Below, piece by piece: positions 15,924 to 24,630 of a stretch of 26,564 bases of DNA (the stretch's first letter is position 1; each line of letters starts with the position of its first letter). A program made the translations under genes and the position numbers. This DNA is from a virus, in IMG/VR virus record IMGVR_UViG_3300015078_000001, positions 82,468 through 109,031 of that record; one strand, 5' to 3'. The notes beneath the pieces are model-generated. The model had not been told where the DNA came from. It saw nothing but the letters and a program-made list of their open reading frames with translations, and made no database searches.

Positions 15924-18900
15924 TTAGAATATCCCTAATTTTTTAAATACTCCTTTTTTTACATCTTCAAGTATGCTAGCCGCATTCTTTACCGCAGATT
16001 CTAGCTGCATAGACGGTTTATAACTTTGAGAAGATCGTAGATCATCTATGTACGGCTGTAAAGAATGTATATATGATTTTTTATCCTCATCTCCAAATGA
16101 TTTACTGTTATCTATAGAGTTTACTAAATGTATATAATTTCCCACTATAGCCCCTTGTTGCTCTGTAGTAAAATCTTTGAATTTTACTCCGTTATTGTGG
16201 AGCGCGATCATGTTTTTTGCATTTGGTAACTTATATGGGCTATCCCCAAATTTGTTCTCAAATTGCTCGGAACTAACTCCTCCTTGAGATTGATAAACGT
16301 GAGTTATTTCATGACCTATAATTGCCTCTTCTGATATAGGAGAGGTAGATAAAAATTTCTTATCTGATGTAAGAGCTACATCATTTTTGCGTTCCTTGTT
16401 CTGTATCGCATACACTCCTTTTCCTTCTGCCAGATAATCCATTACCTGTTGAGGAACCTCATGAATTTTAATCTGACCTAAATCTAGAAGCTTTTCAAAT
16501 ATAGGAGAAACTTTAGCTAACTCACTAGAGTTAAGATTTCTTCCTTTAAATAAATCAAAAGCTTTACCGACACTGTCGATAGTTTGTCCCGCAATTACCG
16601 GAGCGGGCGGTTCCTCGTCTGACGCTGCATTTTTAGGCTGTGATGTAAATAAACTAGGTTTATTTTTATCTGACGTAGCTCCTGACGAAGTGACGTTTGT
16701 ACCGCTACTTCCTCCCCACGGAGAATCTTGCGGAAACATACCCCGCAGCCATTGATAAGTTTTATCAGAGGAACGTTCCTGTTGAGACATATCTTTAATA
16801 GCTTTTTTAAGATATGCTTGTTTCTTCTTTAATAATAATGGGGTTAAAAGGGCCTTCTCGTGATTGGTACTCGATTCCCATATTTTAATCATATCGGGCA
16901 TAGGCGCACGACTAGCGTGCATATATAGTCTAGCCATATCTTGATCCATACCCGCCGTTTCTTTTACATTCTTTTCTATTGTTTTAGCTTCAGAAACATG
17001 AAGCTGTCCTTCTTCAACTAATTGGTGAATGGTTGTTATAGGGGCTTCACCGGCCCGTATTTTATCTTCGAGATTTAAAACAGCAGAGTGCCGTCTCATC
17101 TTTTCCTGATCTACCGGCCCGCTCTCGGAGTGATCTGAGGCAATTTTAGCCGCAAGCTTCTGTGCCTCTGTCCGGTATTGAAAGACCGTAGCACCAAGAG
17201 CTTTAGTAGCGGCGTCTACTGCTGATATACCAGAGTCTTCTCCTGTCATTTTCTTAACAGTAGATTGAACTCCAATAGGTGAGATATTTCTCAAAGCATT
17301 AACCCATAGCCCATGTTCAGGTAACTTTCTACCAAACTCATCTCTACCTGTATAGGTTTGTATACCGGTACGAACTATAGGTGAAACTCTGCCGCGAAGA
17401 AATCCTTCCGGATCGCTCGCAGCATGAAGAAGATCGCCCGGCATCGAACGAATACTATATACTTTCTCTCGTCCATCATCTCCTTTAACAGCCACACCAA
17501 ACGGTGCTTCGTTATGGGTATTACCATTATTGACTAACGCATTCAATACTCTGGAAACTGTCCATAATCCTACAGCCATTTTAGCGGTATCTCTACGAGT
17601 AATTTTGCCTTGTTCTCCAAACAGACTACCCATGAATCTCATTTCAGATTCAAGCCAGTCGGGAGCTAACGCCATAATTCTTGCCGCGTCCATAGTACCC
17701 GCAGCACGGCCTATGCGTTTATACGGTATACCACCAAAGCGATTAGCGGTATCCGCCGCAGCTACGTTAGCAGCTTTATCAGCATTCCAGTCGGGGTAGG
17801 CTTTAGCATATCGTTCATTCAGTTTTTCAAAAGCACGAAGTTTCAGACTAGGTATATATCTGTCAAACAATAGCTTCTGCTGCCAATCCTGTATTTGAGC
17901 AAGTCCGGGTATTTTAGAAATGAGTTTACTATGTCCAGCCAATCCTTCCTGGAACGCCTGAGCACCCTTGTACTCTCGACCTTCCCATACGCCTTTCTCA
18001 GCGGCTAACCTGTGTATCGGGTTATTAGCATCAAATTCTACGTGTCCAAACGGACTAATACCCGTCATTAACGCACGCATACCTTCCTGTACTAAGTGGA
18101 AGGGAGAACCGAACAACAGAATGCCCTTAGCTTCCTGACCTAGTTTAAGAAGAGTTTTCATACCAGGAATTTTAGATACAATACTTTCCTGTGTACCAAA
18201 TCTGCGATTTAGGTACTCGTATGCTTCAGGATGTGCTTTCAGATCAGATTCAACATAGATGGGGTTGCCTTCCGAGTCTTGTACTCTGCTTGCCCATCCC
18301 TTAAACGAAGGATTAGCTACATCACGATAATCGTGAGTAGTCCATGCATACAATTGTTCGCTGGTCTTTTTATCAACACCGAATTTAACTACTCGACCTT
18401 CTTTCATTAGTTTGTCGAGTTCGGTTATTTCAGGTTGCAAAAGTTTACCAGGTTTTATTTTTTCTTCCCCCAATTTTTCTTTTACAAAATTATCGTATGC
18501 GGTATTAGTTTGCCTATAATCCCCATATTTCAATTTTTCTTCGTGACTGAGATTGTGCCACTCATCTTGAAAAGAATAAAATGTTTCAGAAGGTATGTTA
18601 ACCACCGATCCTTCAAAAGGAATTTTAATTTTCTCGTCTGCTTCAAATTTAGCTTCTTTAGTTATATTATTCTGAAGACCTTCTATTACTTTTTTAGTAA
18701 TACGAAGACTCTGAGCACGACCTGGCTGTACTGCCGTACCTATACGATTACCCTTTTCATCTATCATAGCGTGTCCGCTGCCCGATAGCGCAACCATAGG
18801 TCTGCCGTCAGATGCACGAACTCCGGACTCTCTTAATCTCTCAAGAGTGTCTTTGGCAATAGCTACACGTCCAAACTCATTTCCGTTATGGGCGGCTAAC

Positions 18901-20915
18901 GCAATAGGGTCGTAATCGGCTAACTCATGTCCATTTAACAGACCTTCTAACGTAGTATCAAACATACGTTTACGAGCCATGCTCGTATAGGTAGAAAATC
19001 CACTACCTTGAGCAGTACTTCTAAATCTTCTTACAGTATCGTTCTCAGGGTTTTTGAATATACGGGTTATATAGTTACCGGCACCTTCACTAAGCACACC
19101 TGCGGTTTTAGCCTTTTCCAGGGTCTTACTGAAGTGATCGGCTATTTCTTTACTAAACTCGGTATGGCGATCAGTTAGTTTGTCGGGGTCTAACTGATTC
19201 AGAAGCCTGTCGATATATTCGGCGGGCTTTTCTTTTAATTTAGCTTTATCTATTGCCTCACGTATGTGTATTCTACTATCATCTTTTTCCAAAGGAAGAT
19301 TAACGTCTCTAACATCTAAGCCCGACTGAGCGGAAGCTCCCGATATTCTTTCTCCGGTTAAATTTTTAATCTCTGGATTTTGATCTGAAAACTGACGAAG
19401 TAAAGAACGCACATTCGACGTACCTATTTTATTTTTTAACTGTTCTATAGCCTCGCCGCCATAAAGTTTGTTTAAAACAGAATCACCGTCTATGGGTTCT
19501 CCAACCCATTCTATATTAGCGTTATCACCTTTTATAGTAGTGTGAAGCTCCCCTATAGTTTTTCCGTTTTCAGATATAGTTCTTACTTCCGCAGAAGGAT
19601 TGTAAATAGATTTTTTTCCTATGGGTTTAGATAGTATAATACCTTTTCTACTATCTTTCCCTGCTGATTCGGAAACGGCGTTATACCAATCAGATAAATT
19701 GTTTTTATTTGATCCGGCTTCATATAGAAACCTGCTACGTTGCATGTCGTCGAATTCTAAATCTCCGTAGCGTTTCCGTATATCCTTTTCCCATTGTTTC
19801 TGGGCTTCGGAATTAATGATGTTTTCACGATCATGGGTTTCGAACTCTTTAATAAGTTTGAGATTTTCTTCAGAAGGTTTTACACGCAACCCCATCTTTG
19901 CTGCGGCATCGGGCATTAGTTCACCCGCATGGGTAACTGCCTGATGTGCTCCTAATCCCGCAAACAACCCCATACCTGCGGCTTCAACTGCTAATTTCTT
20001 AGCAGTTTCGTAGTCGCCTTCTTTGATAGCATCGAATACTCTGGGGGAAGTAATAGCAGCGGCGTAGGCATTCTGAACGGTAAATCCGGCATCTATCGCC
20101 GATTGAGTCCATGTTCCAACGTTCTCTGCCATTCCTACATCCATACCGGCCTGACGTAACGCGGAAGCTCCTGCACGACGAATAACTCCCTGAGCTACGA
20201 GGCTTTCAGGAGTAAGACCTGATGCTTTAATTACATCTAACCCTTCTGATATCTTCTGTATATCAAAACCCGAAGAGGCTAGCCCTTTCCAAACCATATC
20301 AGAATCATGGCCAGCTTTAATAAGCTTTGAAGCCATACCAGAACCACTAACTACTGCTTCTATATCTTTAGTAGCCCATCCTGCGGCTTTAAGCGCAGCT
20401 ACGCCCCCGGCGTCTAGTAATGAACTAGACCCGAAGGTACCGATAGTAAGAGCTAATTGTAGCGGTGATGTTAACCCAGACATTAGATCGAAGAAACCTT
20501 CACCTAATCCACCCCAACTATGAACATCCCAACCAAACCAGTTCTTAGCCGTAGTCTGGTCGAACAAAGGTTCATTAACAGCATTCCATGCTTTTTTATA
20601 CCAGGGGTCGTCCTGGTTAGCAGGTTCGCCGTTACTTTGAACAATATTTTGTTTCTCCGGTTGATTTATCGTTTCTTGTTCAAACGCAGAGAATATACTA
20701 CCTGATTGTTTTTGTCCATTTACTGGACGTTGTAAATCAGGAGAAGGAAAAGAAGTTTGAGATTGCTTCGGTTGTGAACTAAAGGCGGAAAAAATAGAAC
20801 CGCCTGAATCCGTCGACGGACTCAAAGATTGAGTTGTCGAAGGACTAGACGGTTCGGGAGTCGAAGATGTGTCAGGTGTGCTAAAAGCGTCAAATATGCT
20901 TTTCTGATCGGCCAT
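15924..20915 (-). CDS. Large internal virion/ejection (polyvalent-type) protein with C-terminal HExxH metallopeptidase-like domain
   Basis: 1663 aa; last gene of the structural arm; disordered N-terminus; Ala/Gly-rich hydrophobic segments; IIGHEITHVYQ...EQQG at the C-terminus. Confidence 0.7.
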   Translation of the reverse strand: MADQKSIFDAFSTPDTSSTPEPSSPSTTQSLSPSTDSGGSIFSAFSSQPKQSQTSFPSPDLQRPVNGQKQSGSIFSAFEQETINQPEKQNIVQSNGEPANQDDPWYKKAWNAVNEPLFDQTTAKNWFGWDVHSWGGLGEGFFDLMSGLTSPLQLALTIGTFGSSSLLDAGGVAALKAAGWATKDIEAVVSGSGMASKLIKAGHDSDMVWKGLASSGFDIQKISEGLDVIKASGLTPESLVAQGVIRRAGASALRQAGMDVGMAENVGTWTQSAIDAGFTVQNAYAAAITSPRVFDAIKEGDYETAKKLAVEAAGMGLFAGLGAHQAVTHAGELMPDAAAKMGLRVKPSEENLKLIKEFETHDRENIINSEAQKQWEKDIRKRYGDLEFDDMQRSRFLYEAGSNKNNLSDWYNAVSESAGKDSRKGIILSKPIGKKSIYNPSAEVRTISENGKTIGELHTTIKGDNANIEWVGEPIDGDSVLNKLYGGEAIEQLKNKIGTSNVRSLLRQFSDQNPEIKNLTGERISGASAQSGLDVRDVNLPLEKDDSRIHIREAIDKAKLKEKPAEYIDRLLNQLDPDKLTDRHTEFSKEIADHFSKTLEKAKTAGVLSEGAGNYITRIFKNPENDTVRRFRSTAQGSGFSTYTSMARKRMFDTTLEGLLNGHELADYDPIALAAHNGNEFGRVAIAKDTLERLRESGVRASDGRPMVALSGSGHAMIDEKGNRIGTAVQPGRAQSLRITKKVIEGLQNNITKEAKFEADEKIKIPFEGSVVNIPSETFYSFQDEWHNLSHEEKLKYGDYRQTNTAYDNFVKEKLGEEKIKPGKLLQPEITELDKLMKEGRVVKFGVDKKTSEQLYAWTTHDYRDVANPSFKGWASRVQDSEGNPIYVESDLKAHPEAYEYLNRRFGTQESIVSKIPGMKTLLKLGQEAKGILLFGSPFHLVQEGMRALMTGISPFGHVEFDANNPIHRLAAEKGVWEGREYKGAQAFQEGLAGHSKLISKIPGLAQIQDWQQKLLFDRYIPSLKLRAFEKLNERYAKAYPDWNADKAANVAAADTANRFGGIPYKRIGRAAGTMDAARIMALAPDWLESEMRFMGSLFGEQGKITRRDTAKMAVGLWTVSRVLNALVNNGNTHNEAPFGVAVKGDDGREKVYSIRSMPGDLLHAASDPEGFLRGRVSPIVRTGIQTYTGRDEFGRKLPEHGLWVNALRNISPIGVQSTVKKMTGEDSGISAVDAATKALGATVFQYRTEAQKLAAKIASDHSESGPVDQEKMRRHSAVLNLEDKIRAGEAPITTIHQLVEEGQLHVSEAKTIEKNVKETAGMDQDMARLYMHASRAPMPDMIKIWESSTNHEKALLTPLLLKKKQAYLKKAIKDMSQQERSSDKTYQWLRGMFPQDSPWGGSSGTNVTSSGATSDKNKPSLFTSQPKNAASDEEPPAPVIAGQTIDSVGKAFDLFKGRNLNSSELAKVSPIFEKLLDLGQIKIHEVPQQVMDYLAEGKGVYAIQNKERKNDVALTSDKKFLSTSPISEEAIIGHEITHVYQSQGGVSSEQFENKFGDSPYKLPNAKNMIALHNNGVKFKDFTTEQQGAIVGNYIHLVNSIDNSKSFGDEDKKSYIHSLQPYIDDLRSSQSYKPSMQLESAVKNAASILEDVKKGVFKKLGIF
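20714..20728 (-). repeat. Dispersed 15-bp motif copy GTCCAGTAAATGGAC
   Basis: Exact match, inside the large ejection protein gene. Confidence 0.8.
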
Positions 20916-20920
20916 ATTTC

Positions 20921-22993
20921 CTATTCATTTGTAGATGTTTCGCCGCTTGGCTCTGCTATAGGTGTTGGTTTATTCTGTACTTTAATACCAGCAGATTTAA
21001 GTTGAGACGCCCCTGTATCGGAACTAATACCAGCCTTTTTAGAGAACTCCTCTACGGCAGACCACGGCATTACTGCCCCAAACTGTTTCGTAACAGATAG
21101 TTTTTCTGTAGGTGAAAGTCTGTCATCTATCCATATAACGCTTCCGGAGGCTTCCGGCCCTTGTACGGGCTGTCCTTTTGTGTCTAGTAAAGCAGCTTTA
21201 ACATATTCTTTACCTCTATCGGATATCGGAGGAATCCCATTAGCCGATCCTGCGGGAGATACTGATGGAAGTTTAGATTGTAATCCAAGTATCTTATTAA
21301 GAGTACTATGATACATTTCTAGATTTTTATACTGTTCTTTACCCTGTTCGGTATTTCCGTAATTCGGATCATTGCGAAGTTGGTCGCCGAATTCTTTCCT
21401 GCCTTCATCAGCAGCTTTAATAAGAGTATCCGTAATAGGTTTCAACTTTTTAATCTGATCCGGAGTCATTTTACTGATGTCGCCGCCCGAACCTGTGAAG
21501 AGTTTCCAGGCTTCATCGGCCTGTTTCTTCTCTCTGGCATCGGTATAAATCTTACCTGTTTCAGCTTGAAGATGTGCAGCTTGGGCATTAGTAAACTTAA
21601 TTTTGGCTGCTTCCTCATCCTCGCCCATTTGCTTCTTTTTCTTCTCAGACTTATCATTACTGATACTTTGTTCTTTTTCAGTAAATGTCATATACTGTTG
21701 AACATCTATTTCTTTATCTTTCTTTAGATGCTCAAAGATATCATTACCGTAAAGTTTATCTAGTCCGGCAGCTTTCCATGCTTTAATGTTATCATCAGAG
21801 ATTTTAACTTTAGTTCCTGGTTTAATGTCTACCGCAGACATAGTAGCTACATGCTGTGGATTACCATCAGCACCTTTAACAATTGTAGAACCTGTAGGTT
21901 GCCAAAACAAATGAGTGGCGTCCGGATTTTCTTTCAGAAGTTTTGGTATATCAGTCTCAGGTATATTATCAAATACCTTTGGAACGCCGGCTTTAAGAAA
22001 GGGGTCTAGACGAGCTTTTCCCTGTTCTCCCATCTTATCGTGATGTTCAAAATCTTCAAACTGAGCGTTCTGCATTTCCCTTAAAGTCTGGGCATTATGC
22101 ATAGCTATCTGGGCCTTCATCAAATCCATCTGAGTATTGGCGTGCTTTTCGGCGGTATCTGCCGACCTAGCCTGAAGGTTTTGTTCAAAATCCTTCCTAG
22201 CATTACCTTGTTTTTGAGCATCTTCTTTTTGTTTCTCTTCTATCTCAGCTTTACCGCCCTGTACAGCACCACCTAGAAAGTTACCTTTACCCTTTTCCTG
22301 ACCTGCGGCACCACCTAATACTACACCAGCTATGATATTACGCCATATCTGACCTGGTTTAGAAGGCTGATCCTGGGCCACGGTCTGACCTGTCTTAGGG
22401 TCTACCTGATAAGAACGTTCGTTTCCAAACAAACTCTGAACGATCTTTCCCAGTCCATAGTGGTGTCCGATGTCCGCAGCCGCTTCCGGGGGTGGGCCAG
22501 GTTGTGCCGGAGGGGGTGTATTCGCTCCAGGTTGACCTGAGAAGCCACTCTGAGCCTGTTGTGGGGTCAAACCACCACCGTAGGGTATCGGAACGTCCTG
22601 AGACGATCCTGGTGCGTTTTGGGGTGTTTGCTCGTCCATCTTTTGTCCTTTTGATTCGTCGGCTATAATTCTACCGCTTTTATCTATTAGTCTGTCTCCG
22701 TCCCAATGAGGGGCATCTGACGTAGCGTATTTTGATTCTTTAGAGAACGTTTTATGATAGGGTGTTTTATATGTGTCAGGAAAATGTAAATTTTCAGAGG
22801 ATCGTTTAGCGTTTGGATCACCTTGTTTATTAGCTTTCCAAAAACCTCTCATATCATAATCAGCAGTCGGAGTATCCTGCCAGGGTATGTTATTAGATTT
22901 TACCCACCCTTGGAACTCTTTCTCTTCCTCTGATGGAAGAGTAGTTACATAAGGCCCCGGTTTGGCATACTGAGACGCAGTATCATCAACCAT
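20921..22993 (-). CDS. Internal virion/ejection protein; N-terminal 118-aa globular domain fused to a P/Q/G-rich and coiled-coil body
   Basis: Position between the pilot and the large ejection protein; IIAGVVLGGAAG segment; charged coiled coils. Confidence 0.65.
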   Translation of the reverse strand: MVDDTASQYAKPGPYVTTLPSEEEKEFQGWVKSNNIPWQDTPTADYDMRGFWKANKQGDPNAKRSSENLHFPDTYKTPYHKTFSKESKYATSDAPHWDGDRLIDKSGRIIADESKGQKMDEQTPQNAPGSSQDVPIPYGGGLTPQQAQSGFSGQPGANTPPPAQPGPPPEAAADIGHHYGLGKIVQSLFGNERSYQVDPKTGQTVAQDQPSKPGQIWRNIIAGVVLGGAAGQEKGKGNFLGGAVQGGKAEIEEKQKEDAQKQGNARKDFEQNLQARSADTAEKHANTQMDLMKAQIAMHNAQTLREMQNAQFEDFEHHDKMGEQGKARLDPFLKAGVPKVFDNIPETDIPKLLKENPDATHLFWQPTGSTIVKGADGNPQHVATMSAVDIKPGTKVKISDDNIKAWKAAGLDKLYGNDIFEHLKKDKEIDVQQYMTFTEKEQSISNDKSEKKKKQMGEDEEAAKIKFTNAQAAHLQAETGKIYTDAREKKQADEAWKLFTGSGGDISKMTPDQIKKLKPITDTLIKAADEGRKEFGDQLRNDPNYGNTEQGKEQYKNLEMYHSTLNKILGLQSKLPSVSPAGSANGIPPISDRGKEYVKAALLDTKGQPVQGPEASGSVIWIDDRLSPTEKLSVTKQFGAVMPWSAVEEFSKKAGISSDTGASQLKSAGIKVQNKPTPIAEPSGETSTNE

Positions 22994-23014
22994 ATAATCC
23001 TATAGGAGAAATTT

Positions 23015-23200
23015 ATGAAAAGTGATGTTAAATGTGAGTGTGGTAAAGTCCACGGAACCGCCTCGTTAAGTATTACCAAAAGAGGTAAAACTATACTTGT
23101 ATATGAAGTACAAGGAGCATTCTTTACAAACAATCGAGAAGGTATACTATATTGTATACAGTGCGATAAAGCCGCTTGTACGTCAGGAGACTGGAAATGA
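23015..23200 (+). CDS. Small zinc-ribbon protein, antisense to the structural operon
   Basis: AGGAG RBS; CECG...YCIQC. Confidence 0.65.
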   Translation: MKSDVKCECGKVHGTASLSITKRGKTILVYEVQGAFFTNNREGILYCIQCDKAACTSGDWK

Positions 23201-23406
23201 AAACTAATGATGTCCATTTACTAGACAACGGTACGGAAGTAAATACTTCAACCATTATACAATACGAGTCAGACGGAACTCACTTTGGCCGATTTCTACG
23301 GGCTAGTAAAAACCATGCCTGGGTGCTATCGGCAGGTAGGGAAGTTAAAATTCCGCTTGGGAGTCTTGAACTGTTTCTTCCAGAAAAAACGAAAGAGGGG
23401 TCTTAG
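23197..23406 (+). CDS. Small beta-rich (SH3/KOW-like?) protein, antisense to the structural operon
   Basis: AGGAG RBS at 23185-23189; ATGA overlap with the previous gene; fold guess is from the residue pattern only. Confidence 0.55.
   Translation: MKTNDVHLLDNGTEVNTSTIIQYESDGTHFGRFLRASKNHAWVLSAGREVKIPLGSLELFLPEKTKEGS
23212..23226 (-). repeat. Dispersed 15-bp motif copy GTCTAGTAAATGGAC
   Basis: One mismatch. Confidence 0.7.
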
Positions 23407-23761
23407 AACTCACGCTATCATCTTTAATAGCTCTGCGAATAAAGCTAACACAGTTATCTATGGCCGCTTTCTCGCTGAATCCGTACACCCGTAACAAGTG
23501 TTCCAAAGGGTCAGTAGACTTTAATCCTGCTCTGGACAGACCTTTACATTTAAGTGTCAGGTCAAAAAGTCCGGCCTTCATCCCCGCTAAAAGAGAGCCA
23601 AACATTCTTATGCCGTTGGTATCGACAGAGTGTCGTCCCGGTTTAGCGAATGATCGCAACTTAAGAGGATTACGGAGCTGGTAAGATTCGCTGTCAGGTA
23701 CGTGAATTTGGTTTACACGCCCGATGGCATCGCATATACTTTCGAGTCTGTTTACCGCCAT
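23345..23761 (-). CDS. Virion-associated lysozyme-like protein (divergent)
   Basis: DAI...RNPLKLR (compare NNPGNlR)...F.S..AG..A...DL..K..G.S......L..LL.VY; AAGGA RBS. Confidence 0.5.
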   Translation of the reverse strand: MAVNRLESICDAIGRVNQIHVPDSESYQLRNPLKLRSFAKPGRHSVDTNGIRMFGSLLAGMKAGLFDLTLKCKGLSRAGLKSTDPLEHLLRVYGFSEKAAIDNCVSFIRRAIKDDSVSSKTPLSFFLEETVQDSQAEF

Positions 23762-23784
23762 ATATTAATCCTTTTCATTTTCAT

Positions 23785-24627
23785 TTAGGTATAGCTCCCG
23801 TCACCGCCACCAAATCCGGCCCAGTCAAGATTGTTTGTCTGGTTATAATTAGCTCCGGTAGAATTGGGATTCATTCCACTAAAATTATTTCCACCAAGCC
23901 ATCCGCCTACTTTACTTCCAATACCCACCCCTATTGGGCCAAGAGCACTACCAAGAATACCGCCAGCTATTCCGCCTATAGTTCCCCAGGGTGAAGCAGC
24001 TTTCTTTTGATTATACAACTGAGTAGCCATGTTAAATTGACTATTAGCAGCACCTTCGGCAGCATTAGCATATCCTAAAGGGTTGTACATCTGAGCTACG
24101 CTCATATCACCACTGGTAGCCGCTAAGAAATTTTGTCTGCCGGTTTCATATCCGGCACTAGTTATACCTAGTTGTTTTCCGCTTTCGGACTCGGCTGCGG
24201 CACCAGCTATATTAGCCTTAATACTTTCTTCAGCTCCGGAAGGAAGAAGGTTATTTCCTCCACCCCTTGCGGCAAGATTTTCTCCAACAGCCTTAGCCGC
24301 CTGAGAATAATTCTGAGCTGTACCTTCTGAAGCTTGTGTACGTAATGCAGTATCTTCAGCTTTATTGAATCCGTACTGATTTATACCTGCGTCTATAATA
24401 GGCTTAAATGCGGCATTTACAGCCTGAAGTATGGCTGATTGTGCGCCAAACGCCGCATTAAAATTAGCCGTTAAAGTTGCGGTAAGATTGGCCATAGCTG
24501 TTTGAGCAGCCGACTGATCGGGCGTAGGCCCGCCTTTACAAAATGTAATCGGGCCGATATACAGTTTAGTATTCTTAGCTATAATATTAAAGTCTGAATC
24601 CCAAACAACTTTTGTAGCGATTCTCAA
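23785..24627 (-). CDS. DNA pilot/ejection protein (P22 gp7-like)
   Basis: N-terminal leader ending ...ITFCKGG; Ala/Gln-rich helix; Gly-zipper GTIGGIAGGILGSALG near the C-terminus. Confidence 0.65.
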   Translation of the reverse strand: MRIATKVVWDSDFNIIAKNTKLYIGPITFCKGGPTPDQSAAQTAMANLTATLTANFNAAFGAQSAILQAVNAAFKPIIDAGINQYGFNKAEDTALRTQASEGTAQNYSQAAKAVGENLAARGGGNNLLPSGAEESIKANIAGAAAESESGKQLGITSAGYETGRQNFLAATSGDMSVAQMYNPLGYANAAEGAANSQFNMATQLYNQKKAASPWGTIGGIAGGILGSALGPIGVGIGSKVGGWLGGNNFSGMNPNSTGANYNQTNNLDWAGFGGGDGSYT

Positions 24628-24630
24628 ATC

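Noticed and set aside
613-23226. Dispersed motif as a CRISPR repeat, promoter or known LexA box
   Set aside because: It is not arrayed with spacers, lies mostly mid-gene and in both orientations, and does not match the LexA boxes I know (CTGT-N8-ACAG, GAAC-N4-GTTC, GTTC-N7-GTTC)
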